Below are positions 9,601 to 16,829 of a DNA stretch of 34,422 bases, one piece after another. Both the position numbers and the translations under genes were made by a program. Source of the DNA: Thermoplasmata archaeon (GTDB taxonomy: Archaea; Thermoplasmatota; Thermoplasmata; Lutacidiplasmatales; UBA184); NCBI GenBank assembly GCA_021828665.1, contig JAJZDH010000003.1, positions 1 to 34,422 of the forward strand. Reading direction: 5' to 3'. Position 1 is the first letter of the stretch. Every line of letters starts with the position of its first letter. The notes under the pieces were generated by a model, which was not told the origin of the DNA, made no database searches, and was given only the letters and a program-made list of their open reading frames with translations.

Positions 9601-10959
9601 ACCTCCGGCGACACCCGGTGGATCCTGCCGGGAACGTATTCGCTGGCGGTGACGACCGCCGCGGCGGACACGTTCGCCTTCTGGACCACGGCGGGCGGGG
9701 TCGGGGTGACCCCGGGCGGTCCCAGCGCCACCCTTTCCGTTTCGGGAGGGGGCACGATCTATGCGATCGGCGCCCCGTTCGTGGTGCGCAACGTCTCGGT
9801 GGCCCCGGCCGTGGTCGACGTGGGCCGGCCGATCCTCCTCGGGGCGGTCGCGACGGGGGCGGGGCCGTTCGCGTACGCGTGGTCCGGGGTCCCCGGCGGG
9901 TGTCCGACCGGCCCCCTCCGTTCCGGTGGAGTCTCCTGCACGCCGACGGTCCCGGGTACCTACGCCGTCCGGCTCACGGTCACCGATACGGAAGGGGCCT
10001 CCCTCGGCCTCGGCCCGTTCGGACTCACCGTCACGCCGCTTCCCCAGATCCAGCTCTTCTCGGCGAGCCCGTCGGCGTTCACCTTGGGCGTTTCCACGCT
10101 CCTCTCGGTCGTGACGGCGAACCCGCCCGGCGGGGTCCCTCCGCTCACCTTCGAGTATCCGGCGTTGCCGTCGGGGTGCGCCCCCGCGGACACCGCGGTG
10201 CTCGTCTGCACCCCCGACCGGGCCGGGAATTCCACGGTGACGGCCCGGGTGGTCGACGCCTCGGGCGCGGCTTCCGAGGCGAACCTCACGCTCGCCGTCG
10301 CCCCGCTTCCCCAGATTTCGTCGTTCGCCGCCTCCCGCCTGACGGTGACCGAGGGGGCGGTCACGAACCTCTCCGTCGCGTGGACCGGGGGGACGGGACC
10401 GTTGGGATGGGTCTACACCGACCTTCCGACCGGGTGCGTCTCGGAGGACGGGCCGCGCCTCGCCTGTTCTCCGAACGGCGCGGGGACCTTCTCGCCGACG
10501 GTCCGCGTCACCGACGCCGACGGCTTCGTGGCCGTCGCGACCCTTTCGCCCCTGGTGGTGAACCCGCCGCCGTCGATCCAATCGTTCGCGGCGAACCCGG
10601 ACCGGATCCCCCTCGGAAACACCACCGAGCTCACCGTCGCCGCCTCGGGAGGAACGGGGAACCTGAGCTACCGGTACACCGGTCTTCCCGGAGGATGCGG
10701 CCCGTCCGTCTCCCCGGCGCTCGCGTGCCGGCCCGCCGCGACGGGGAATTTCACCATCGGGGTGACCGTCACCGACGCCGACGGGATCGAGGCGGTCGCG
10801 TCGGTCCTCCTCGCCGTGACGACCCCCGTCCCGGCCTCCCCGACCCATGGCGGCGCCCCGGGCACCCCGTCGTGGGAGTGGGCGCTCCTGGGGGTCGCCG
10901 GGGTGGCGGCGCTCGCCGTCGGGATCGTGGTCGGGCTCCGGCGCCGCCGGGTCGCGTGA
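6601..10959 (+). CDS. Large membrane-anchored surface glycoprotein: signal/TM segment, Cys-rich beta domain, B-repeat-like modules, 4 Ig/PKD-like repeats, C-terminal TM
   Basis: Basic-then-hydrophobic N-region (RRRAAVPWTIAVVVGMLVSGL), about 30 N-x-S/T sequons, repeated LPxGC-x9-CxP motifs, and the C-terminal anchor WALLGVAGVAALAVGIVVGL-RRRR. Confidence 0.88.
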   Translation: MGASRTARGAPGRSRTRPDRPRRRAAVPWTIAVVVGMLVSGLGVAAGSGPGAATASSGSPADRPVAVGHRDATTPAVPGPTGRTPIDPPGPLAPGRSVSASATTGTTGVPPARFSSIRMGSFHLPGPHPQSWGDSAVPPGAPFAVGPVPSAPAGGPAASASENSSVFWSGHCAGLYPATGNATYYDGCVGHDEPGIQFYSPVPGSAGNITWNVTLPVDVGPSQNQSNLYVAVWFGMTLSDPLAWLDQCFLELQLYPDSSWSVPAVSGEWIGAAVAWQIEAATGYEDPCYYSPLYLHGLPTDGYFNMTGGDQLTVAMSGWENDPWGENISLIDRTQHTTSNLTLVDPYSNLPLDPAYSTNSYENGLQWTPGGEYPSVFAFETGHGRNPAYPTNTTFNYCAPGPPPATAANPDVPCPSYDPGSWSNDTAQPWRIEVPTFGTGTRTAPAAQVSFSQDLGGIDLDAGAPGCPGNLGSAYCSYPWYSYSCATHSFQFGATDYPGVSEDFGKYLEFATSAESNDLGFGYYPPTNFTIPTCGAASASVNLSIGGPSGGSVYFLSHDYGSAAVISGLAPGAYSLDALASGAVGFDRWAVTGALAVGSPTAAWTTLWVNGSGNLSASFQSSPPATVAVTFDDWGAAGSVAVLPSYLRITAGAALATAANGSSVALVPQIYGLLADAPPGYNFTHWAVNGSGAVIAASGLPTSWLLVDGAAARVTVTAWYAASSTFDSITVAVSGNGTVNLSGSSGSSFSETLRVGSYPVVADPGPGWSFQGWYAGGSAAIPDNGPSSNLTLENGSSYLYAYFGELPVAVLLEVAPAAGGTVSVIPGSFDGNNTTLELPVGTTSVGVRVATGYRFLGWTVNQSGAGWVESPGAAVSNFVVNRTVRLTADLVAAPLVTVSFRADPPAGGSIEFNFRTYGNGSQNTTANGSYALAFAPSPGYSEVGVGASGPLSVGSGVLQISGGGGVLTVDFQAIPPVPVAVTFVSEPVGAMFARIQGTAVTSGDTRWILPGTYSLAVTTAAADTFAFWTTAGGVGVTPGGPSATLSVSGGGTIYAIGAPFVVRNVSVAPAVVDVGRPILLGAVATGAGPFAYAWSGVPGGCPTGPLRSGGVSCTPTVPGTYAVRLTVTDTEGASLGLGPFGLTVTPLPQIQLFSASPSAFTLGVSTLLSVVTANPPGGVPPLTFEYPALPSGCAPADTAVLVCTPDRAGNSTVTARVVDASGAASEANLTLAVAPLPQISSFAASRLTVTEGAVTNLSVAWTGGTGPLGWVYTDLPTGCVSEDGPRLACSPNGAGTFSPTVRVTDADGFVAVATLSPLVVNPPPSIQSFAANPDRIPLGNTTELTVAASGGTGNLSYRYTGLPGGCGPSVSPALACRPAATGNFTIGVTVTDADGIEAVASVLLAVTTPVPASPTHGGAPGTPSWEWALLGVAGVAALAVGIVVGLRRRRVA
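9778..10818 (+). repeat. Four tandem Ig/PKD-like protein repeats of about 85 aa, each with an internal Cys pair
   Basis: YAWSGVPGGC..VSCTP..VTD; FEYPALPSGC..LVCTP..VVD; WVYTDLPTGC..LACSP..VTD; YRYTGLPGGC..LACRP..VTD. Confidence 0.85.
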
Positions 10960-10993
10960 CCTCGGCCCCGGGACCGGCCGCCCGGGCGGGACC

Positions 10994-11009
10994 GCCGCCG
11001 TTCGGCGGC
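10994..11009. terminator. GC hairpin between convergent genes (possible terminator or processing signal)
   Basis: GCCGCCG-TT-CGGCGGC inverted repeat, with no U-tract. Confidence 0.25.
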
Positions 11010-11049
11010 CGGCCCCGTGGCCGCCGATCGGTCCGCCCCCCGGGGACGG

Positions 11050-12072
11050 CTACGGAACGACGACCGTCCGGAAGCCGAGGCCCTGCCGGAGCCGCTCGGC
11101 CGCGCGACCGATCTCCTCGAGGGGCACGCGCCCGGTCACGACCGGCCCGAGCTCGATCCGTCCCGAGCGCACGAGCTCCACGACCCGCCGGTAGTCGGCG
11201 GGGCGGCATCCGAGCGAGCCCACGACGGTGTATTCGTGGAACATGACCCGGGGGGCGGGCAGGACCGCCGGCGCGGAGGAGTAGCCGAGGAGGCAAAGGC
11301 GCCCGCCGCGGCGCAGCAGGGAGAAGGCCATCTCGATCGTTTTCGGATGGCCCACCGCCTCGACGACCACGTCGGCCCCGTCGTGCCAGATCCGCCGGAG
11401 TTCCCGGGCCGGGTCCCCGGTCCGGGAGGGATTCACCGTCGCGGCGGCCCCGAGACGCCCCGCGACCTCGAGTTTCGCATCGCTCAAGTCGATGGCCACC
11501 ACCTCCGCGCCGGCCCGGTACGCGAACTGGACCACGTTGATGCCGACGCCGCCGCATCCGAGGACGGCGACCCGTTCGCCGGCCCGGACCTGCGCCCGGT
11601 GGACCACGGCGTGGTAGGGGGTGGTGAGCGCGTCGGAGATGACGGCGGCGAGCACCGGGTCGATCTCCCCGGGCAGGGCGACCAGGTCTTTCGCCGGCAC
11701 CACCACCATCTCCGCGAATCCCCCGTCCACGTGGTTGCCGACCATCTTCATCCCGGGGCAGATGTTCTCCCGCCCCGTCCGGCAAAAGTCGCATCGGCCG
11801 CAGGGGAGCACCGCCGGTACCAGCACCCGGTCGCCGGGGGCGACCCCCTCGACGCCGGGTCCCAGCGCATCGATCCGGCCCGAGATCTCGTGGCCGAGGA
11901 TGATCGGCGGCGGTTTCGCGGTGGCCACCCCGTGGTCCAGGTAGTGGAGATCGGTGTGGCAGAATCCGCAGGCGAGGACGGTCACCCGCACCTCGCCGGG
12001 ACCGGGTTCGGGCCGCCCGACCTCCTCCACCTGGAGACCCCGGGCCGGATCCCGGAGCACCGCCGCCCGCAC
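11050..12072 (-). CDS. had: 6-hydroxycyclohex-1-ene-1-carbonyl-CoA dehydrogenase (Zn-dependent MDR; Had/BzdX-like), about 340 aa
   Basis: CGFCHTDLHYLDHGVAT..PIILGHEISG, PAVLPCGRCDFC..GRENIC, SDALTTPYHAV, GCGGVG, GSLGC. GGAGGT lies before GTG 12072, and the gene is adjacent to the BCR genes. Confidence 0.8.
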   Translation of the reverse strand: MRAAVLRDPARGLQVEEVGRPEPGPGEVRVTVLACGFCHTDLHYLDHGVATAKPPPIILGHEISGRIDALGPGVEGVAPGDRVLVPAVLPCGRCDFCRTGRENICPGMKMVGNHVDGGFAEMVVVPAKDLVALPGEIDPVLAAVISDALTTPYHAVVHRAQVRAGERVAVLGCGGVGINVVQFAYRAGAEVVAIDLSDAKLEVAGRLGAAATVNPSRTGDPARELRRIWHDGADVVVEAVGHPKTIEMAFSLLRRGGRLCLLGYSSAPAVLPAPRVMFHEYTVVGSLGCRPADYRRVVELVRSGRIELGPVVTGRVPLEEIGRAAERLRQGLGFRTVVVP

Positions 12073-12680
12073 GATCGGTTCAACCTCCCCCGACGGAGCC
12101 GACCGGTGCCGGTCCGGGGAAGGGACGGCCGTTCCGTCCGTGGGGGAGGGGGCCCGGCGCCCGTCGGGGGCCCCCGGCGGGGGTCGGCGGCGCCCCAGCC
12201 GGCGGGCGTCCCGGCGCTCCCTCCCGACGCCGCGCGCCGGCGGCCGGACCCGGACCGCACGGGGACCGGCGCCCGGCCGGGAACCCTGGTGGGAGGATCT
12301 CCCGGCGGCCCCCCGCGATCCCGGGCGGCCACCTGCCGGGAACGCCCTCCGCCGCGGATCGGCCCGGGACGGCTCCGCGGAGGGGACCGGTCGCCCGTTC
12401 CCCGAAGGGAATCGACGCTCCGGGCCGGAGGCACCGGAGAGGGTGGGTCGTCCGAAGAGCCCCCCGGTCCGGGAGGTCCGGAGCTCGTCGACCGGCGGGC
12501 CCCCGGAAGTGGGCCGCGGACGGACGGGACGCCTCCGCCCTGCCGGAGGTCCCGGCGGGGCCGTGACGTCGCCGCCTATCGGACCCGGGATCCGGACGGC
12601 CCCCTCGGGCGTCGGGGTCCCGGGAACCGCCCCGTTCCCCCCCGCCCATCGGGCCCGCCTCCCGCACCGCTCCTCCGGGC

Positions 12681-13925
12681 TCAGGCGAACAGGATCGACT
12701 CGACGAAGGTCTCGAGCTGGAGACGGGACTGGTCGAGCGCCGAGGACCGTTCCTCGAACTCGAGGTGAAGGGACGGGATCTTCTCCCGGTCCAGGGCGGC
12801 CCGGTACAGGACGATGTCCTCGAGCGCCGGCTCGCAGAATTTCGCGGTCAGGAAGAGGACCGCCTGCGCCCCGGCCGCCGCGACCCTTCCGAGGATGGCC
12901 TCCCCCTTCGTCGTGGGGGTGGCCCGGACACCGATGTCCAGGGGGCTCTCGACGTAGGCGCGGGCGAGGTTCTCGAGCGGATCGCCGGTCGGGTCGACCG
13001 CCGGGTGCCACCGGTAAAGCTGCAGGAGCTCGTCGTCGACGACGTAGCAGCCCACCTGCTCGAGGAGATCGAGGAGATCGAGGGTCGGCTGCTCGCAGAA
13101 CGAACCCACGAGCAGCACCCGGACGGAGTCCTTGGGACGGGGCACCCGGTCCTCGACCGCGGCGCGCATCCGGCGCAGGAGCTCGAGGTGCACCTCGCGC
13201 GGGAGGAGCCCTCCCAGCCGCCGGACCAGGTACGACTCCGTGAGGGAGATCCGGGACGGGTCCCGCCGCTTGATCTCGGTCCAACGGGCGATCTCCGCCC
13301 GCTGCCGGTTGAACAGCTCGATGGAATCGGCCAACCGGTCGGGCCGGTACGGGGAGCCGCCGGCCGATTCCAGGACGCGGAGGAGGCGGCGGTACTCGGC
13401 GACCAGGAACGGCACGGTCGCCGCCGACCGGAAATTCTGGGGGAGGTGGAGCATGTGGGTGGCGGCGCCGGGCACCGCCCGGGGAAAGATCCCCTCCAGA
13501 TTGCGGCTGACGTCGCAGATGTACGGGAAGACGAACGCCCGGAACGGGGCGAGGCGGCCGGTCAGACCCATTTCGAGGGTGGACTTGCTGATGGAGCAGA
13601 GGAAGGATCCCAGCGCCGCGTCCGCGTGGCTGATCTCGATGGTCTCCCCGCCCCCGTGGAGCGCCACGGGCAGCATCCCCATCGCATGGATCAGTTCCTG
13701 CGGGGTGTAGACGGGGAAGCATCCGACGGCCGACCGGCCGGACCGGTTCCAGGCCCGCACGGTGGGCCAGGTCGCGTCGGCTAGGACGGCCCGGGCGAGC
13801 CGGTCGACGGCTTCGAGGGATGGGGCCCGGGCGAACTCTTCGAAGGAGTCGCTCACCTCGAGGGGCGGGGCGCCCTCGGGATCGGCGGCGGCGGCGGCCC
13901 CTTCGGAGGAGGCGCGGACGGCCAT
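12681..13925 (-). CDS. bcrC: Benzoyl-CoA reductase subunit C (BcrC/BzdN; 2-hydroxyacyl-CoA dehydratase family)
   Basis: VGCFPVYTPQELIHAMGMLP..GGG, SFLCSISKSTLEMGLTGRL, FPYICDVSRNL, LPQNF, GSFCEQP, KFCEPAL, QLETFVESI. Confidence 0.85.
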   Translation of the reverse strand: MAVRASSEGAAAAADPEGAPPLEVSDSFEEFARAPSLEAVDRLARAVLADATWPTVRAWNRSGRSAVGCFPVYTPQELIHAMGMLPVALHGGGETIEISHADAALGSFLCSISKSTLEMGLTGRLAPFRAFVFPYICDVSRNLEGIFPRAVPGAATHMLHLPQNFRSAATVPFLVAEYRRLLRVLESAGGSPYRPDRLADSIELFNRQRAEIARWTEIKRRDPSRISLTESYLVRRLGGLLPREVHLELLRRMRAAVEDRVPRPKDSVRVLLVGSFCEQPTLDLLDLLEQVGCYVVDDELLQLYRWHPAVDPTGDPLENLARAYVESPLDIGVRATPTTKGEAILGRVAAAGAQAVLFLTAKFCEPALEDIVLYRAALDREKIPSLHLEFEERSSALDQSRLQLETFVESILFA

Positions 13926-13928
13926 GCC

Positions 13929-14747
13929 TCACCCCTCGACCGCGAGGACCGCGGGGGGCCGACCGCCGAGCTTCTCGAGCCGCGCGTGGCCCAGGATCGC
14001 CGCCCCGAGCGCGGCGGCGTGGTGGGCGCGGGGGTCGGCGACGACCGGCACCCCCGCCGTCCGGGAGAGCGCCTCGACCATGGCCTCGCTGTGGACCAGG
14101 CCGCCGACGAGCGCGACCTCCGGTTGGATTCCCGCATGACGCATCAGGATGTACGCCCGCTGCGCCAGCGACAGGAAGACCCCCATCAGGATGTCGGGGA
14201 GCGGGACCTCCTCGGCCACGCTGTTGATGATCTCCGTCTCGGCCAGGACGGCGCAGACGCTGGAGATCATCTTCGGGTGGGCCGCGGCGAGCGCCTTCGG
14301 CGCCATCTCCTCGAGCGGGACCTGGAGGTACTTCGCGCACCGGTCCACGAACCGGCCCGCCCCGGCGGCGCACTTCTCGTTCATCTTGAACCGGACGACC
14401 CGGCCGGACTCCGAGATGGACATCGCCCGGGAGGACTGGCTGCCGATGTCGACCACATGCCGGGTCCCGGGGTGGAGGAAGGCGGCGCCGCGGGCCGAGG
14501 CGGTGATATCGCTCACCTGCAGGTGGCGGTCGGGGTAGGCGTAGCGGGCCCCGCCGGTCGTGCAGAGGTAGTCGACCTCCCCCGGCAGCAGGTTGGCCTC
14601 CTCGACCATCGTTTCGAGGATCTTCCGGCCGGCCGCGACGGGGTTGCCCCGGGTCGGCAGGAGGGCGGTGGCGAGGATGCGGCGGCCCTCCTCGAGGAGG
14701 ACCCCTTTGGTGGAGCCGGAACCAAGGTCGAGGCCACCCGAGATCAT
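13929..14747 (-). CDS. bcrD: Benzoyl-CoA reductase ATPase subunit D (BcrD/BzdP; BadF/BadG/BcrA/BcrD family), about 272 aa
   Basis: GLDLGSGSTK, TTGG, VDIGSQ, FKMNEKCAAGAG, ISSVCAVLAETEIIN. ATGA overlap with the upstream gene. Confidence 0.82.
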   Translation of the reverse strand: MISGGLDLGSGSTKGVLLEEGRRILATALLPTRGNPVAAGRKILETMVEEANLLPGEVDYLCTTGGARYAYPDRHLQVSDITASARGAAFLHPGTRHVVDIGSQSSRAMSISESGRVVRFKMNEKCAAGAGRFVDRCAKYLQVPLEEMAPKALAAAHPKMISSVCAVLAETEIINSVAEEVPLPDILMGVFLSLAQRAYILMRHAGIQPEVALVGGLVHSEAMVEALSRTAGVPVVADPRAHHAAALGAAILGHARLEKLGGRPPAVLAVEG

Positions 14748-15532
14748 GCGGAGATCCCCTCCGTCCGCTCGCGGCCGTGGAGCGCCGCCCCGATCGCCCC
14801 CACGTACTGCGAGAGCGGGCTCACGTTGACCGGGAGCGCGAGACGCCGCTCCAGGGTCCGGACCATCCCCCCGTTCCGGGAGACGCCCCCCGTGAAGGTG
14901 ACCTCGGGCTCCACGCCGACCCGTTGCAGGAGCGAGAGCGAGCGGCCGACGATGCCGCCGTACAGGCCGGCGAGGATATCCGGCGGCTCCTTGCCCCGGG
15001 CCACGTAGGAGGCCACCTCGGACTCCGCGAAGACCGTGCAGGTGTTCGTCACCTTCACGGGGTGCCGGGCCCCCTCGGCGAGGGCCCCGATCTCGCTCAC
15101 ATCGAAACCGAGGGCGCCCGCGCACACATCGAGGAACCGGCCGGTCCCGGCGGCGCACTTGTCGTTCATCGCGAAATCCACCACCTCCCCGCGGGGGTCC
15201 ACCTTGATTGCCTTCGTGTCCTGGCCGCCGATGTCGAGGACGACCCGCGTGCCGGGGAAGAGGAAGTGGGCTCCCTTGGCGTGGCATCCGATCTCGGTCA
15301 CGGTGAACCGGCCGAAGGCGACCTTGAACCGGCCGTAGCCGGTCCCGGTGACCACCGCCACCTCGTGGCGTTCCCGGCCGGCCTCGGCCAGCGCCTGCGC
15401 CAGCGCCCGCTCGGCGTCCTTCACCAGTTCGACGCCGACGGGGGCCAGCGACTTGCCGACGATCCGGTCTCCCTCGAGGAGCACGCATTTCGCCGTCGTG
15501 GACCCGATGTCCACGCCCGCCACGAGCGTCAC
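14744..15532 (-). CDS. bcrA: Benzoyl-CoA reductase ATPase subunit A, short BzdQ/HgdC-like form, about 262 aa
   Basis: AGVDIGSTTAK, TGYGR, TEIGCH, LDIGGQDTK, MNDKCAAGTGRFL, CTVFAESE, TGGV. GTGA overlap with the upstream gene. Confidence 0.82.
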   Translation of the reverse strand: MTLVAGVDIGSTTAKCVLLEGDRIVGKSLAPVGVELVKDAERALAQALAEAGRERHEVAVVTGTGYGRFKVAFGRFTVTEIGCHAKGAHFLFPGTRVVLDIGGQDTKAIKVDPRGEVVDFAMNDKCAAGTGRFLDVCAGALGFDVSEIGALAEGARHPVKVTNTCTVFAESEVASYVARGKEPPDILAGLYGGIVGRSLSLLQRVGVEPEVTFTGGVSRNGGMVRTLERRLALPVNVSPLSQYVGAIGAALHGRERTEGISA

Positions 15533-16809
15533 GGTGCCCCCCGCAGGGGTTCCGCCGCGCCCCCCCGGCGCCGATCGAGCGACTCGAAGAACGCATCCAT
15601 CCGGTTCTTGATCTGGGCGGGGGCGAAGTACCGTGGATCCTCGTGATCCGACTCGATGTAGAGCGTGGGGATCCCGAGGTCGTGGATCAGCCGGTCCCGC
15701 AGGTCGCCCTGGCCGGCGGTGAACGACCGGCAGGACTTGATGCCGTGGATGAGCACGGCATCGGCGGCGAACTCCCGGACGTACTCCTCGATGAGCTTGC
15801 GTCGCAGCGGCCACGACTGGTTCACGTACGCCCCGAGGGCGTATTCGGCGATGCTCTCGAGCGGGCGGGCCGGGTCGTGGAGGAACCCGCGGTCGAAGAG
15901 GCCGCCCACCTTCGGATAGGTGGCGGCCACCGACACCGCGCCCCACTTCCGGAAGAAGTCCCAGAAGGTCCGGTAGTTCGGGTACGGCGGCACCCCCTCG
16001 ACGACGAGGCGGACCTTCTCCTCCGGCACGGGGTAGGCGCCGGACCGGACCCGCTCGTCGACCTCGGCGTTCAACGTCGCGTAGAACCGGGCGGCCTCCT
16101 CGGTCCCGCGCAGGACATTGATGGGGAACATGTGGAACACGGCCTCGAAGTAGGCTTCGATGGGCGAGGGACGGCGCGCGCCGGAGGCCAGGTACCGGAC
16201 CCACCCCTCCTCGGCGGCCCGGGAGTGGGCCAGGGTGCGCCGCAACGACGCCGGGTCGAACCGCCGATCGGAGGCCTTCTCCAGGAAGGCGATGAATTCG
16301 TTCAGCTGGGCGACGATGTACCCGAGGTCCTCGGTGGGGGGCCGCTCGTCCCGGAGGTACGGGACGTCCAAGAGGAAGAGCGGGCAGCCGAACTTCTCGG
16401 CCAGCGCCTCCCACCACTTCACGTAGACGTAGCAGCCGGAGAAGCTGCAGACGAGGAGGTCGGGCGGCGGGATCCGGCCGAACGGCGTCTGGCCGCCGAG
16501 CTGCTGGAGCCCGAGATCGTTCTTGACGTATCCGCACACGTCGAGGCCGTACCCCTGCGCCTCGGCCTGGAGGATGTTGGGGAGCGAGACATGCTTGATG
16601 GCGCAGTTCAGGGCGACGATCTCGGGGAAGACCACCTCGTAGCCGAACGAACGGACGATCTCCGTGAGGTTGCCGCCCACCAGCATGTAGGCGACCGGCC
16701 GCTTCGCTCCCCCGGCCGTGGCGAGATCGGCGTAGTAGGCCTCGATCATCTCGCGTTGCCGGTCCCGCGCGGAGACCAGGAAGGAGGGCTCCTCGGTGGA
16801 TGCGCCCAT
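15529..16809 (-). CDS. bcrB: Benzoyl-CoA reductase subunit B (BcrB/BzdO), about 426 aa
   Basis: GNLTEI, FPEIVAL, DVCGYVKND, IPPPDLL, GCYVYVKWWEAL, VEGVPP, YPKVGG, IKSCRSF, ESDHEDPRYFAPAQIKNRMDAFFE. Confidence 0.86.
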   Translation of the reverse strand: MGASTEEPSFLVSARDRQREMIEAYYADLATAGGAKRPVAYMLVGGNLTEIVRSFGYEVVFPEIVALNCAIKHVSLPNILQAEAQGYGLDVCGYVKNDLGLQQLGGQTPFGRIPPPDLLVCSFSGCYVYVKWWEALAEKFGCPLFLLDVPYLRDERPPTEDLGYIVAQLNEFIAFLEKASDRRFDPASLRRTLAHSRAAEEGWVRYLASGARRPSPIEAYFEAVFHMFPINVLRGTEEAARFYATLNAEVDERVRSGAYPVPEEKVRLVVEGVPPYPNYRTFWDFFRKWGAVSVAATYPKVGGLFDRGFLHDPARPLESIAEYALGAYVNQSWPLRRKLIEEYVREFAADAVLIHGIKSCRSFTAGQGDLRDRLIHDLGIPTLYIESDHEDPRYFAPAQIKNRMDAFFESLDRRRGGAAEPLRGAP

Positions 16810-16829
16810 CGATCCCCCCCTCGCCGGGA

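Noticed and set aside
5928-11246. Very long ORFs (1772 aa on plus, 1425 aa on minus) overlapping the surface-protein gene, and similar R/G/P-rich ORFs throughout the window
   Set aside because: These are shadow frames caused by stop-codon scarcity at high GC. They are low-complexity with no motifs, and the real genes occupy other frames.
12681-16809. 2-hydroxyacyl-CoA dehydratase plus activator (amino-acid fermentation)
   Set aside because: Two different ATPase subunits together with flanking Had and Oah homologs fit benzoyl-CoA reductase better.
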